Part shown: positions 49,312 through 59,068 of the stretch, piece by piece
How positions within the stretch are numbered: the first letter of the stretch is position 1
Layout: every line of letters starts with the position of its first letter
NCBI GenBank assembly: GCA_963977015.1
Contig: CAXBMO010000003.1
Location: forward strand, 320,001 to 384,000
Source of the DNA: an uncultured bacterium
Lineage (GTDB): Bacteria; Verrucomicrobiota; Verrucomicrobiia; Verrucomicrobiales; DEV007
Length of the DNA: 64,000 nt
Reading direction: 5' to 3'
Made by a program: the position numbers and the translations under genes
The notes under the pieces: generated by a model
Databases searched by the model: none
What the model was told of the DNA's origin: nothing
What the model saw: only the letters and a program-made list of their open reading frames with translations

Positions 49312-49460
49312 AGAAGGATTGGAAACTATCGATTCGTCTCGTTGCGTCTAGTCAGAATGGTTCAAATCTCACCGATTTCCCTGGCTGCAGATTCCACACG
49401 CTCATCCCGTGAACTTCCGCGGATTTGCATTATGATGAAAGGGAGATTTCCGTCAGGCTC

Positions 49461-50171
49461 ATGCAATCCAACGAGATCATCGTTTATGACAATGTAGATG
49501 AGTGCCCCTACCTTCCGAAAACGATGGCTCGGATGCCGCTTCGTCGACCGACGAAGAAACTAACAGGCCCCCAATTCGATCAACGAATGTTCGAGGGTGA
49601 CCGCCGCTACGGGCGCTTTCTCTATCGAACGGCCTGTGGCGACTGTCAGGCTTGCGAGCCAATCCGAATTTCGATCAGGGATTTTAAGCCGAACAAAACT
49701 CAAAGACGCACCCTGACCCGAGGAAACGCTCAATTTTTAACCGTGGTTCAGACTCCAGTGGTCGATTCCGAACATGTCGCCCTCTACAATGACCACAGTG
49801 ATCGGAAGGGGCTGAATTCGCACTCCAAAACGACAAGCGCCTACGACTACAAGATGTTTCTTGCCGATACGTGCTGCGATACGTTCGAGTTTTCCTACTA
49901 CCACGAAGGGAAACTGATTGGCGTCTCCATAGCGGACCGGGGAAGCACCTGTCTTTCTGCGGTTTATTGCTTTTACGACCTCGACTTCGCGAAACTCAGC
50001 CCCGGAACCTTCTCCGTGCTCAAGCAGATTGAGAAGTGCGCGGATTGGAATCTAGAATTTCTATATCTTGGCTACTACGTCGCGGAGAATGCTCACATGA
50101 ACTACAAGGCTTCGTTTTACCCTCACCAACGCCTGATTGACGGCGAATGGAGGGAATTTAAGAAAAATTAG
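49461..50171 (+). CDS. bpt: ATE1-like aminoacyl-tRNA-protein transferase (Bpt, Asp/Glu leucyltransferase / 'arginyltransferase')
   Basis: CPYLP, G.RR.G...YR..C..C.AC..IRI, F.P.K.Q.R, LSAVY.FYD, SPGT.S.L.QI, YLGYYV....M.YK..F.P. Confidence 0.9.
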   Translation: MQSNEIIVYDNVDECPYLPKTMARMPLRRPTKKLTGPQFDQRMFEGDRRYGRFLYRTACGDCQACEPIRISIRDFKPNKTQRRTLTRGNAQFLTVVQTPVVDSEHVALYNDHSDRKGLNSHSKTTSAYDYKMFLADTCCDTFEFSYYHEGKLIGVSIADRGSTCLSAVYCFYDLDFAKLSPGTFSVLKQIEKCADWNLEFLYLGYYVAENAHMNYKASFYPHQRLIDGEWREFKKN

Positions 50172-50243
50172 AATGCGGAGCTGTCCATGATCAGTCCTAA
50201 TTGGACTTTCACGTTCCCTTTTCGTAAACTGACAAAACCAACC

Positions 50244-52838
50244 ATGCGCCGAAGGACAAAAACCGTACTATGGATGTTCGCCATCCTGGTGCTGCTCGTG
50301 GGTTGGGCCGCCTACTACGTCCAGGATAAAGGCTTTACCCATCAGTGGCGCGACATGATCATGTCGGAGTTCGAAAAGCGCGGGGTTCATGCGACCATTC
50401 GCCGCCTGAATCTCGACCCCTTGCGGGGGTTGATCGCCCGCGACGTGGCCGTGTATGAGGATCCCGAACACAAGATTCTCTTGATGTCGATTTCCCAGAT
50501 CGCGCTCGATATCGATCCCGTTAAGCTCCTGTCAGGCAGCCAATCGATGCGAGCATTCGAAGTTCGCAATGCCCAGGTCACCATTCCTCTCGATCCGCAA
50601 CGCAAACACAAGGGCGAGCAACTGAAACTCGACAATCTGAGTGCCCGGACACTGATGAGGCCCGACCACATCGAGATTGTGCGGGCCCAGGCGATCCTTG
50701 AGGGACTTGAGGTCAGCGTTTCCGGTTCGCTTTTTAGGCCGGGCGACGTTCAGGAAACACCTGAGAAGGAAGCTGAAGACAAAAAGGAACCTGCGGAGGT
50801 CAAACCAACCGATAACAAAGATCACCTCAAGATTCTTCGGGATCGTCGCCAATCCATTGCCTCGGTCCTGGATTATCTCAAACGCTTCGAGTTTTCTGAC
50901 GAAGCCAAGCCCACTCTGGAAGTGCGGGTGGATGGGGACATGGCCAACCTTCCTGAGTTGCGGGCGGCGGGAGATTTGAAGTCCGGGCCATTCCGCTATG
51001 CGGGTCATTCCAATGAGGCTGTTCACGCTCAATTTGAGTGGGCAAACGAGCGGCTCATCGTTCACGAGCTCAACCTCGAAGATCGATTTGGGAAGCTGCT
51101 TTCGCGGATGGAATACGATCCCAGCGAAAAAATACTCGGGTTCTCGCTCAAAAGCTCGACCGACCTTCACGGACAACTTTCGGCAGCTTTCCGTGCCCCC
51201 CGCTTGGGGGAAGTCGTCTTTTATCGCCCTCCCCTTATCGAAGCCAGCGGCACCTGTCGGCTCGATGGGGAGTTTTCGTGGGAAAATATGCCGCTCGACA
51301 TCATCGGCAGCGTCCGGTCCGACCACCTGACCAGCCGCGGCGTGATTTTTGAGGCGATGAGTTTCGATTTCAGCGCAAATGGACGCGAGCTGTACATCCG
51401 CAATGGGCGGATTGAACACAAAACCGGCGTCCTGGATTGTCACATTTTACGCGACTCCAATGGTGTCCGTTTTCGATCAACGGCTCAGCTCGACCCCACC
51501 ATTTTCAAGCCCTTCGTCAGGCTGAAGGGAAATGAGAACTTCCTGAACCGTTGGTCTTTCAACAACGATTCCGGAATTTACATCAAGTTTCAGGGAAACG
51601 GCCCATCGCTGGATCCCACTACCTGGTCCAGCACCGGGGTGATTGATCTGCGAAATTGCCAACTCAATGGACACCCCATCAGCGAGTTGCAATGTGAACT
51701 GCAATTTGAGGGCAACGTCCACGAATACAGGAACGTCGTGATCAGTCGTCCCGAAGGCTCCGTCACCGGTGAACACATCATCTTCGATCATGGCTCCCAA
51801 ACTTGCTACCTGGAGGATGTCGCCGGAAAAGTGCTGCCGGTTCACGCCGTGGGTTGGTTTGCGCCAAAAGCAGCCCAACAGCTCCTGGTCTACGATTTTG
51901 CCGAGCCGCCGGAATTCTCGATTGAGGGAACGATCGACTGTCGGCCCGGCTCCGAACTCGCCCGGTCCACCGCGCGGCACGATTATGAATTCTCCTTCAA
52001 GAGCGATGCCGATGCGAGTTACGAACTCTTTGGTCAGGTGATGCAATTGTCCGCTCCATCCGGCACGGTCCAGATTAAGGAGAACTCCATCCTGCTCTCA
52101 GATTTCAAGACCGGCACACTCGGAGGCGACATCTCGGCATCGGTCGTTCTGACAGACATCCATCGTGTGATCGGGTATGAAGTCGACCTCGGTGTCAACA
52201 ACATCGATTTCCGCCAATTGGCAGAACTCTACAGCAGTTACAAGGAGACGGAAGGCCATCTCAGCGGCACGATGAGATTTGAAGGAAAGGGAATCGGCAT
52301 TGAGCACCTCAAGGCCACCGGTTCGGCTGTGATTGTCGATGGAAACGTTTTCTCGATACCGGCCTTTGGCCCTCTCTCCAAGCCGATTCAGGAAGTTCTT
52401 CCCAAACTTCATGGCGATTTTTCCGTCGCCCGCGAAGCCAATCTCGCGTTTGAGATCGCCGATTCGAAGTTTTATACCCGCGACTTTCAGGCCAAGACCA
52501 ATACCTTCCAGATGAAGGGGTCCGGCTCCGTCGATTTGGTAACCCAGGAGTTGGACTTTGAGGCCGGTCTCAACCTCAGGGGCGCCCCGGGTCTGCTTTT
52601 TGCTCCGGTCGCGAAATTGCTGGTTTTTAAGGGTGAGGGCAGTGTATCCCAGCCCACTTGGCGAGCCAAAAATATGCCGGGGATGGTCACCAACAAGGCC
52701 TTGAAAGAATTGGGCGACATCACCGAGAATGCACTGCGAAAAGCCGGCGAGCTCCATTTGGGCCCTGATAAGGACCGGAAGGACGACCCGGAACGACGCG
52801 ACCGATTCCGAAACAAAGCCGAGAATCCAACCGATTGA
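50244..52838 (+). CDS. AsmA-like family envelope protein (beta-taco bridge-like lipid transfer protein)
   Basis: Single N-terminal TM anchor, long beta-rich body, C-terminal G.GSVDL...LDF and F.GEG...PTW. Confidence 0.7.
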   Translation: MRRRTKTVLWMFAILVLLVGWAAYYVQDKGFTHQWRDMIMSEFEKRGVHATIRRLNLDPLRGLIARDVAVYEDPEHKILLMSISQIALDIDPVKLLSGSQSMRAFEVRNAQVTIPLDPQRKHKGEQLKLDNLSARTLMRPDHIEIVRAQAILEGLEVSVSGSLFRPGDVQETPEKEAEDKKEPAEVKPTDNKDHLKILRDRRQSIASVLDYLKRFEFSDEAKPTLEVRVDGDMANLPELRAAGDLKSGPFRYAGHSNEAVHAQFEWANERLIVHELNLEDRFGKLLSRMEYDPSEKILGFSLKSSTDLHGQLSAAFRAPRLGEVVFYRPPLIEASGTCRLDGEFSWENMPLDIIGSVRSDHLTSRGVIFEAMSFDFSANGRELYIRNGRIEHKTGVLDCHILRDSNGVRFRSTAQLDPTIFKPFVRLKGNENFLNRWSFNNDSGIYIKFQGNGPSLDPTTWSSTGVIDLRNCQLNGHPISELQCELQFEGNVHEYRNVVISRPEGSVTGEHIIFDHGSQTCYLEDVAGKVLPVHAVGWFAPKAAQQLLVYDFAEPPEFSIEGTIDCRPGSELARSTARHDYEFSFKSDADASYELFGQVMQLSAPSGTVQIKENSILLSDFKTGTLGGDISASVVLTDIHRVIGYEVDLGVNNIDFRQLAELYSSYKETEGHLSGTMRFEGKGIGIEHLKATGSAVIVDGNVFSIPAFGPLSKPIQEVLPKLHGDFSVAREANLAFEIADSKFYTRDFQAKTNTFQMKGSGSVDLVTQELDFEAGLNLRGAPGLLFAPVAKLLVFKGEGSVSQPTWRAKNMPGMVTNKALKELGDITENALRKAGELHLGPDKDRKDDPERRDRFRNKAENPTD

Positions 52839-52851
52839 CCGGTCGGCAGCT

Positions 52852-55299
52852 TCAGGGCGCCACCGGGCGAAATGGCCATTCGGGAGAACCTTTGGGATCT
52901 GGAAGCGAAGGGCTTTTTCCCAACGCGAAATCCTCCGGCTGCAGATCCGCATTTTTCCAATAGTCGGGTTCCCTGATAAACCCAAAAAAGCTCGGATAGA
53001 AAGGATCCGCGTATGCCACATCGGCTTCTTCCGGCACTTTGACTCCAGTTAAATGAAGAGCCGCGTTCACAATCAACCGACGGAGGTCCTCACTGACGAG
53101 ATCAACCGCAGCACCTGCGGTGGTGCAGAAGGAAGTGCCTTCGGTACCGCCGGGAGACACATAGGGGTGAAGCCAAGCAAAGGCTTGCATGGGATCGTTC
53201 TTCGGACCGGAAACCATTGGCGACTTGGGATCCAAGCTTTCGGTTACCGCGCCTCTCATCAGAATAGTGTCTACATCAGTCAGATTTTTGACGCCATAAA
53301 CATCGCTTGGCGCGAAAACATCTTCGACGCCACGCAAAATCGGATGGTCCGCATTCGCTCTTTCGATCACGCCTCTCGCCCCTTGGCGCTTATGAACACC
53401 ATGGTGATTCACCCACTGTTCTCCCAGCACTTTTCTTCCCCATTCTCCATATCCAATGGAGTCCCCAAATTTATTTCCGCCATTGAACGCGTGCGTCGCC
53501 GTACGAATTCCAATAATGGGCTTCCCAGCGTCCATATATTGCGTGAGGTAGACAGCCTGGTCGGCATCAGGACGGCGGAACCGCGTTCCAATGATCATCA
53601 AATCCGCACTAACCAGGGCATCCAGCCCTCGCAGGCCCGTCGGATTGTTCGGATCGATATACCGTCCATCTTCGCTCATGGAAAACACCACCGTGCATCG
53701 ATAGCCAAACTTTTGGCTGAGGATTTTCGCCAACATCGGCATCGCCTCTTCGGAGCGATATTCCTCGTCCCCGGCGACCAAAACGACATGCTTTCCGGAA
53801 CCGGGCCCGCTCGCTCCTGGTTCAATCACCAAGGTGCCTTTCGCGTTCGACGTCACGGTTGCTTCACCATCGGTTTTTGCGGTCCAGTAAATCTGGTCGT
53901 CGACCAAGTCTTGATAGTAGTTCTCCAGCTTCTTGGCCAATTGATCCAACGGCGCTTCTGGTGACGCCAGCTTATCCTCTGATTCATCGACATCCGAAAC
54001 CAGGTTGTAGATCTCGAAGGAATCGAAGGGAGTCGATCGAATCAACATTTCGTCCTTTGAGGTGAGAAATTCCCGTCGCCCAAGATCTTTGAGACGGCCA
54101 AGAATCTTCCAATCCCCATCACGCAGCGCAACGCGGGATTCGTTGAGTGCGTTGTAATAACACCAGGCCAGCGGCTTCTCCCGCTTAACCGCTTTCCCCG
54201 ACAGCGCAGGCAAAAAATCAGCACCATCCAACTCCAGGCCTTCCGGAACTTTTCCGCCGGCCAACTTCGTGAAAGTCGGAAGAAAATCCAAGGAACAAAC
54301 CGGAGTCTTCACGGTTTGTCCGGCTTTGATCTTCTCGGGCCATCGCATGATACCCGCCACGCGATATCCCGCTTCGTGGGTATGTAGTTTCATGCCTCGA
54401 AGTTCTCCAGGCACACCGTAACTCCGTTTGGCGGATCGATACCGATTCAGCGTTTCCGGACCATTGTCTGAGGTGAAAACGACCAACGTATTGTCCCGAT
54501 AGCCAAGAGCTCCCAACTCAGCCAGGAGTTTGCCTGTGGCCAAATCCAAGTTCTCGACATTGGCGAAATACTGAGCCTCGTCTTCATTCTTCGCCACCTT
54601 TTGATACTTGGCGACGAGATCCGGAGGGGACGCGACGGGCTCATGCGGTTCATGAAACGCCATGTAGAGAAAGAAGGGCTTCTCCTTGTCCGCCGAATGG
54701 TGCTCCCGCAGCCAACCAATTGCTTCATCAGCCACAATCTGGCAGGCATAGCCATTGATCGGACCGACCTGCTCACCGTTCCTCACAAAGTTCACCGGGT
54801 TTTCGTGGGATGGAGCTGCATTGTTCTGCGTGGCAAACCAATGATCGAAACCAAAGTCTCCGGGCTGCGGTTGCCCTGGGTCGTTGAACTTGCTGTTGCA
54901 ATGCCATTTCCCGCTCATGCAGGTCGCATAACCCGCATCTTTCAAAACTGCGGCGATGGTGACCTCATCTTCCCGCATGTGGGCCATCGTGCGATCATGG
55001 CGCTTCTCATTGTAAGGCGGAATCCAATCATAAATTCCTGCCCGGTTTGGCGTTCTTCCCGTCAACAGTCCAACCCGGGATGGCGAACAAACGGGTGCTG
55101 CGGAATAGAAATCGGTGAAGCGAATTCCATCACCCGCCATTTGATCGAGATGCGGAGTGCGGGTATGCGGGTGCCCATAACAGGACAAATCTCCGTACCC
55201 AAGATCATCGCAAAGGATGACAACGATGTTTGGCTGATTGGCCGACAGGGCCTGACACCATAGAGCGAACAATGAAGCGCAAAGCACGAAGGGTTTCAT
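52852..55299 (-). CDS. Sulfatase (S1, FGly-type) fused to a ThuA-like (class I GATase-like) domain
   Basis: PNIV.I..DDLGYGD, CSPSR.GLLTG, GKWH, TSDNG, EAG.RV; C-terminal VLVAGDEEYRSEE, GIRTATHAF, HPILRGV, LIVNAA. Start set at MKPFV. Confidence 0.88.
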   Translation of the reverse strand: MKPFVLCASLFALWCQALSANQPNIVVILCDDLGYGDLSCYGHPHTRTPHLDQMAGDGIRFTDFYSAAPVCSPSRVGLLTGRTPNRAGIYDWIPPYNEKRHDRTMAHMREDEVTIAAVLKDAGYATCMSGKWHCNSKFNDPGQPQPGDFGFDHWFATQNNAAPSHENPVNFVRNGEQVGPINGYACQIVADEAIGWLREHHSADKEKPFFLYMAFHEPHEPVASPPDLVAKYQKVAKNEDEAQYFANVENLDLATGKLLAELGALGYRDNTLVVFTSDNGPETLNRYRSAKRSYGVPGELRGMKLHTHEAGYRVAGIMRWPEKIKAGQTVKTPVCSLDFLPTFTKLAGGKVPEGLELDGADFLPALSGKAVKREKPLAWCYYNALNESRVALRDGDWKILGRLKDLGRREFLTSKDEMLIRSTPFDSFEIYNLVSDVDESEDKLASPEAPLDQLAKKLENYYQDLVDDQIYWTAKTDGEATVTSNAKGTLVIEPGASGPGSGKHVVLVAGDEEYRSEEAMPMLAKILSQKFGYRCTVVFSMSEDGRYIDPNNPTGLRGLDALVSADLMIIGTRFRRPDADQAVYLTQYMDAGKPIIGIRTATHAFNGGNKFGDSIGYGEWGRKVLGEQWVNHHGVHKRQGARGVIERANADHPILRGVEDVFAPSDVYGVKNLTDVDTILMRGAVTESLDPKSPMVSGPKNDPMQAFAWLHPYVSPGGTEGTSFCTTAGAAVDLVSEDLRRLIVNAALHLTGVKVPEEADVAYADPFYPSFFGFIREPDYWKNADLQPEDFALGKSPSLPDPKGSPEWPFRPVAP

Positions 55300-55351
55300 G
55301 ATTCTTAGCTGAGCGAGAATCCCGCTGCCGTCAATGACCATCCGCCTTCTC

Positions 55352-55381
55352 TTGACACTCCCCCTACCTTCAATGCAAACT
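55352..55381 (+). promoter_or_regulatory. Possible sigma70 promoter
   Basis: TTGACA-N18-CAAACT, 8 nt before the GTG at 55390 (near-leaderless transcript if real). Confidence 0.35.
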
Positions 55382-55389
55382 GTAGGACC

Positions 55390-56199
55390 GTGAGTGAGTC
55401 GATTGACAAGCGCCTTTACGCAATCATGTGGCCGAACAAAGCCTTGGTCGCATCTATGTTAGGTCCCAAGGACTTTGGAAGCCACTACGCAATCGGCAGT
55501 TCCCGTTACTACCACGGCATTATCGTCTTCGCCGAAATCGACCCCACCTATCGGCACGACTATTTTCCGATCGACCGATTGATGGATGAAGTGAAGCCAA
55601 AGATCGACGGCAGTCCGAAGCGAACCAAATTTGTGAGTTGTTACCGCGTGTTGGAGCATCTCGACTTTTCCGCATTCGGCGACCTCTACATCACTTCGGT
55701 GGAAGGGAAGTCGCTCTGTCTGAAGAAGGCTCCCTACGACAAGCAGCACGACGCCGGTTATTTGCGGACCTTCCAGGAAATTACCCCACTGACATCCATT
55801 GTGCTCAGCCACATGACACCACCGGAGTTCGGCCAATACATTACCGACCCCCAGCAGCCGAAAGGCGCGCCCAAGGTGATGTTCAGCCAGATCGATCTCG
55901 ATGTCGACGCCTTCCTCCGAATGTTGGAAGCCAATCCGTTTCACGATTCCCCGATCCCGAACATTCATCCCACGAAGCTCCGGGACCAGATTATGGCTAT
56001 CAAGGGGCACCCGGAAAAGCGAGTCAAAGGGATCAGCCTCGACAGCATTTTTGGTCGTGTTTCCTTCACGCGCTATCGAACCGGGTTCTGGTTTGCCTCA
56101 CAGGAAGAGTTGCTGTTTTACCCGGTTCCGGATGAAGAGCAGCTTCGAACCTCTCACTATGATTGGTTTCGATCGCTCGAAGGTCAGGGCATCGCCTAG
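55390..56199 (+). CDS. Hypothetical protein with an internal two-fold duplication
   Basis: 269-aa ORF; residues 8-51 align without gaps to residues 126-169. Confidence 0.8.
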   Translation: MSESIDKRLYAIMWPNKALVASMLGPKDFGSHYAIGSSRYYHGIIVFAEIDPTYRHDYFPIDRLMDEVKPKIDGSPKRTKFVSCYRVLEHLDFSAFGDLYITSVEGKSLCLKKAPYDKQHDAGYLRTFQEITPLTSIVLSHMTPPEFGQYITDPQQPKGAPKVMFSQIDLDVDAFLRMLEANPFHDSPIPNIHPTKLRDQIMAIKGHPEKRVKGISLDSIFGRVSFTRYRTGFWFASQEELLFYPVPDEEQLRTSHYDWFRSLEGQGIA

Positions 56200-56264
56200 G
56201 TTTCATCCCTCCCTCGTAAACCGTCCGGTTGCGAATTCCACTGACACGGTTTAGGGACTTTGGC

Positions 56265-57752
56265 ATGAAAGCCCCCTTTTTCTGGATTGCGTGCCTTGCT
56301 GTGATCTCCCCTTCAGCATTCGCAGAATCGAAGCCGAACATTGTTTTCATCCTGGCTGACGACCTGGGCTACCGCGAGTTGGGCTCCTACGGGCAGGAAA
56401 AGATCAAAACTCCCAGAATTGATCAACTGGCGAAGGAAGGAATGCGATTCACCCGCGCTTACTCAGGCAACGCGGTCTGTGCTCCTTCGCGGTGCGTCCT
56501 GATGACCGGCAAGCATCCCGGGAAGGCCATCGTGCGAAGCAACAAATCGATGAAGCCGGAAGGTCAGTTCCCCATCGCCAAGGAGGAGGTCACCATCGCG
56601 GAGTTGCTTGAGCCGGATGGTTACGTCTGCGGAGCATTCGGGAAATGGGGCCTCGGCCCAACCGGATCCACCGGAGATCCCAACGATCAGGGGTTCGCGC
56701 AATTCTTCGGTTACAATTGCCAAGGGAAGGCGCACACCTACTACCCGGCAACGCTCTGGAGCAATCGCGAGAAAATTTCACTCAACAATGAACCACCTGT
56801 CCCCGGTCACGCATCGCTTCCAGAAGGCAGCGACCCGTCCGATCCCAACAGCTACGAGGTTTTCAAAGGTCAAGACTATGCGCCGGACCGCATCAACCAG
56901 GCCGCCCTCCAGTTCATCAAGGACCATCACGAGCAGCCCTTCTTCCTCTACTACCCTACCATTATTCCCCACGTCGCCTTGCACGTGCCCGATGAGGAAT
57001 TGGAACCCTATCTGGCGCAAAACTGGGAAGACCCTCCATTCACCCGTGATGGCGGCTACGGATACACACCTCACTTCACCCCCCGAGCTGCCTACGCCGC
57101 GATGATCACGCGAATGGACTCTTATATTGGAAAGGTTCTGGATCTCCTTGAGGAGCTCAAGCTGGCCGACAACACCATCGTCATCTTCACTTCCGACAAC
57201 GGGACCACCCATCTCAAAGACGAAGTGGACTACGACTTCTTCGCCAGCGTTGGCGAGTTGCGGGGCCTCAAAGGATCCTTGTATGAAGGCGGCATTCGCG
57301 TTCCTCAGATTGTGAAGTGGCCCGGTAAGATACCCGCAGGTTCGGTGACGGATCTCGTCACCGGTTTCGAGGACTGGCTTCCCACCTTGGTCGACATCGT
57401 CGATGGAGAGAGCGAGGTCCCCTCTGGAATCTGTGGAATGAGCATCAAACCAACGCTTCTCGGCAATCCGCAGCCGCAACGACCCTTTCTGTATCGCGAA
57501 TTCACCGGCTATGGCGGTCAGCAGGCGCTTTGGTTGGGCCAGAAATGGAAGGCGACGAGGCAGAACATTCTGCGCAAAAAATCAGATCCGCTCGAGATCG
57601 AACTCTACGATCTGGAAACCGACGAATCGGAAACCACAAATGTCGCCGAGCAGTATCCGGAAATTGTCGATCGCGTTCGGAAAATCATGGCTCAGGAACA
57701 CACGATTTCCGAGGTGTTCCCGCTCCCTCCGGTGGATAAGCTTTCGCGGTGA
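56265..57752 (+). CDS. Arylsulfatase-family sulfatase (S1)
   Basis: Signal peptide; PNIVFILADDLGY, CAPSR.VLMTG, GKWGL, PH, TSDNG, GLKGSLYEGGIRVP, ELYDL..D..E..NVA. Confidence 0.93.
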   Translation: MKAPFFWIACLAVISPSAFAESKPNIVFILADDLGYRELGSYGQEKIKTPRIDQLAKEGMRFTRAYSGNAVCAPSRCVLMTGKHPGKAIVRSNKSMKPEGQFPIAKEEVTIAELLEPDGYVCGAFGKWGLGPTGSTGDPNDQGFAQFFGYNCQGKAHTYYPATLWSNREKISLNNEPPVPGHASLPEGSDPSDPNSYEVFKGQDYAPDRINQAALQFIKDHHEQPFFLYYPTIIPHVALHVPDEELEPYLAQNWEDPPFTRDGGYGYTPHFTPRAAYAAMITRMDSYIGKVLDLLEELKLADNTIVIFTSDNGTTHLKDEVDYDFFASVGELRGLKGSLYEGGIRVPQIVKWPGKIPAGSVTDLVTGFEDWLPTLVDIVDGESEVPSGICGMSIKPTLLGNPQPQRPFLYREFTGYGGQQALWLGQKWKATRQNILRKKSDPLEIELYDLETDESETTNVAEQYPEIVDRVRKIMAQEHTISEVFPLPPVDKLSR

Positions 57753-57787
57753 TTGCGAACCAGCCCCGATTGCACTAACATTGTCGC

Positions 57788-58951
57788 ATGGTTTTCGGCC
57801 TCGGCCCGGGAAATCGTTGCCCGCACATTCTCGTTTTCTCGGTCCTCATTCTCATTACCTTGGGAATGGTGATGCTTGCCTCGACGTCTGCGTTTCAAGC
57901 CAACGTCGATGCCGATGACCTGTACTTTGAGGTCAAGCGGCAAGCTCTTTGGGGTGTTGCGGGAATCTCCGTTGCCCTTTTCTTTGCCCAAATCGACTAT
58001 CGGCGGATTCAGAATTGGATTTGGCCCGTCTACGCGGTCGCCGCAGTCCTGCTCATCGCGTGTTTCATTCCCGCAATTGGGCAAGAGATCAATGGGGAGC
58101 GGCGCTGGATTAATTCAGCGTTCATCGGCATCAATTTCCGGGTTCAGCCGTCCGAATTTGCCAAACTCGTCCTGATCGCGACTTTGGCGACCTGGTTTGC
58201 AAGGTACTCCAACTCGATTCACGACGTTCGCCTTGGCTTCCTTTTTCCAACCGTCATTGCCGGTTTCATCCTCGCCCTAATCGCCGCAGAGGTTGATATC
58301 GGAACAACGGCTGTCCTCACGGGGGTGGTATTCGCCCTGATGTTTATCGCCGGCTGCAATCGAAGACTTCTTTTTGGGGGGGCAATCGCGGCCACCCTGG
58401 GCCTTGCGACCCTGGTGGCGTTGGTGCCGGGCCGAATGACCCGCGTCATGGCAATTCTGAAGCCCGAGGAGCACGAACACGGGGTTGGATTGCAACAGAA
58501 CATGGCAAAACTGGCGCTTGGTTCAGGAGGCGTCGACGGAATGGGCCTGGGAGAAGGAAGTCTCAAGATGCTCTACATGCCGTTTGCCCACACCGACTTC
58601 ATCTTCCCCATGATCGGCGAAGAGTTGGGACTGGTTGGGACCCTTACGGTTCTTGCCTGTTTCGCAGGATTTGCCTGGTCTGGAACGGTCATTTCCCAAC
58701 GAGCCCCCGATTCGTTTGGAAGACTGCTCGGGATTGGCATCGTTCTCTGCGTTTCCATTCAGGCCGCCCTCAACATTGCCGTCACGACGGCGGTATTTCC
58801 CAACACCGGGCTTCCGCTCCCCTTTGTCAGCTATGGCGGGTCGAACCTGATTTGTTCGTTGATGGGGGTCGGCATCCTCCTGAGCATCCATCGCCAAAGC
58901 CCGAAATCGTTCTCCCCCCATTCGGACGCCGTTTTTGCACCCCGAATTTAG
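57788..58951 (+). CDS. ftsW: SEDS peptidoglycan polymerase FtsW
   Basis: NG.RRW, QPSEFAKL, D.GT, GSGG..G.G.G, P.AHTDFIF..IGEELG, PNTGLPLPFVSYGGS; directly upstream of murG. Confidence 0.92.
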   Translation: MVFGLGPGNRCPHILVFSVLILITLGMVMLASTSAFQANVDADDLYFEVKRQALWGVAGISVALFFAQIDYRRIQNWIWPVYAVAAVLLIACFIPAIGQEINGERRWINSAFIGINFRVQPSEFAKLVLIATLATWFARYSNSIHDVRLGFLFPTVIAGFILALIAAEVDIGTTAVLTGVVFALMFIAGCNRRLLFGGAIAATLGLATLVALVPGRMTRVMAILKPEEHEHGVGLQQNMAKLALGSGGVDGMGLGEGSLKMLYMPFAHTDFIFPMIGEELGLVGTLTVLACFAGFAWSGTVISQRAPDSFGRLLGIGIVLCVSIQAALNIAVTTAVFPNTGLPLPFVSYGGSNLICSLMGVGILLSIHRQSPKSFSPHSDAVFAPRI

Positions 58952-59068
58952 CTGGATTGCCCGAAAGGTGTTTGAAATCCCGCGCGTATCCTAGCCAACC
59001 CAAAATTCGACGACAATCGGAGTTGGATTTTTTCGATTCTGAATCAGTTTGCGCAGAATTTTTCTTTC

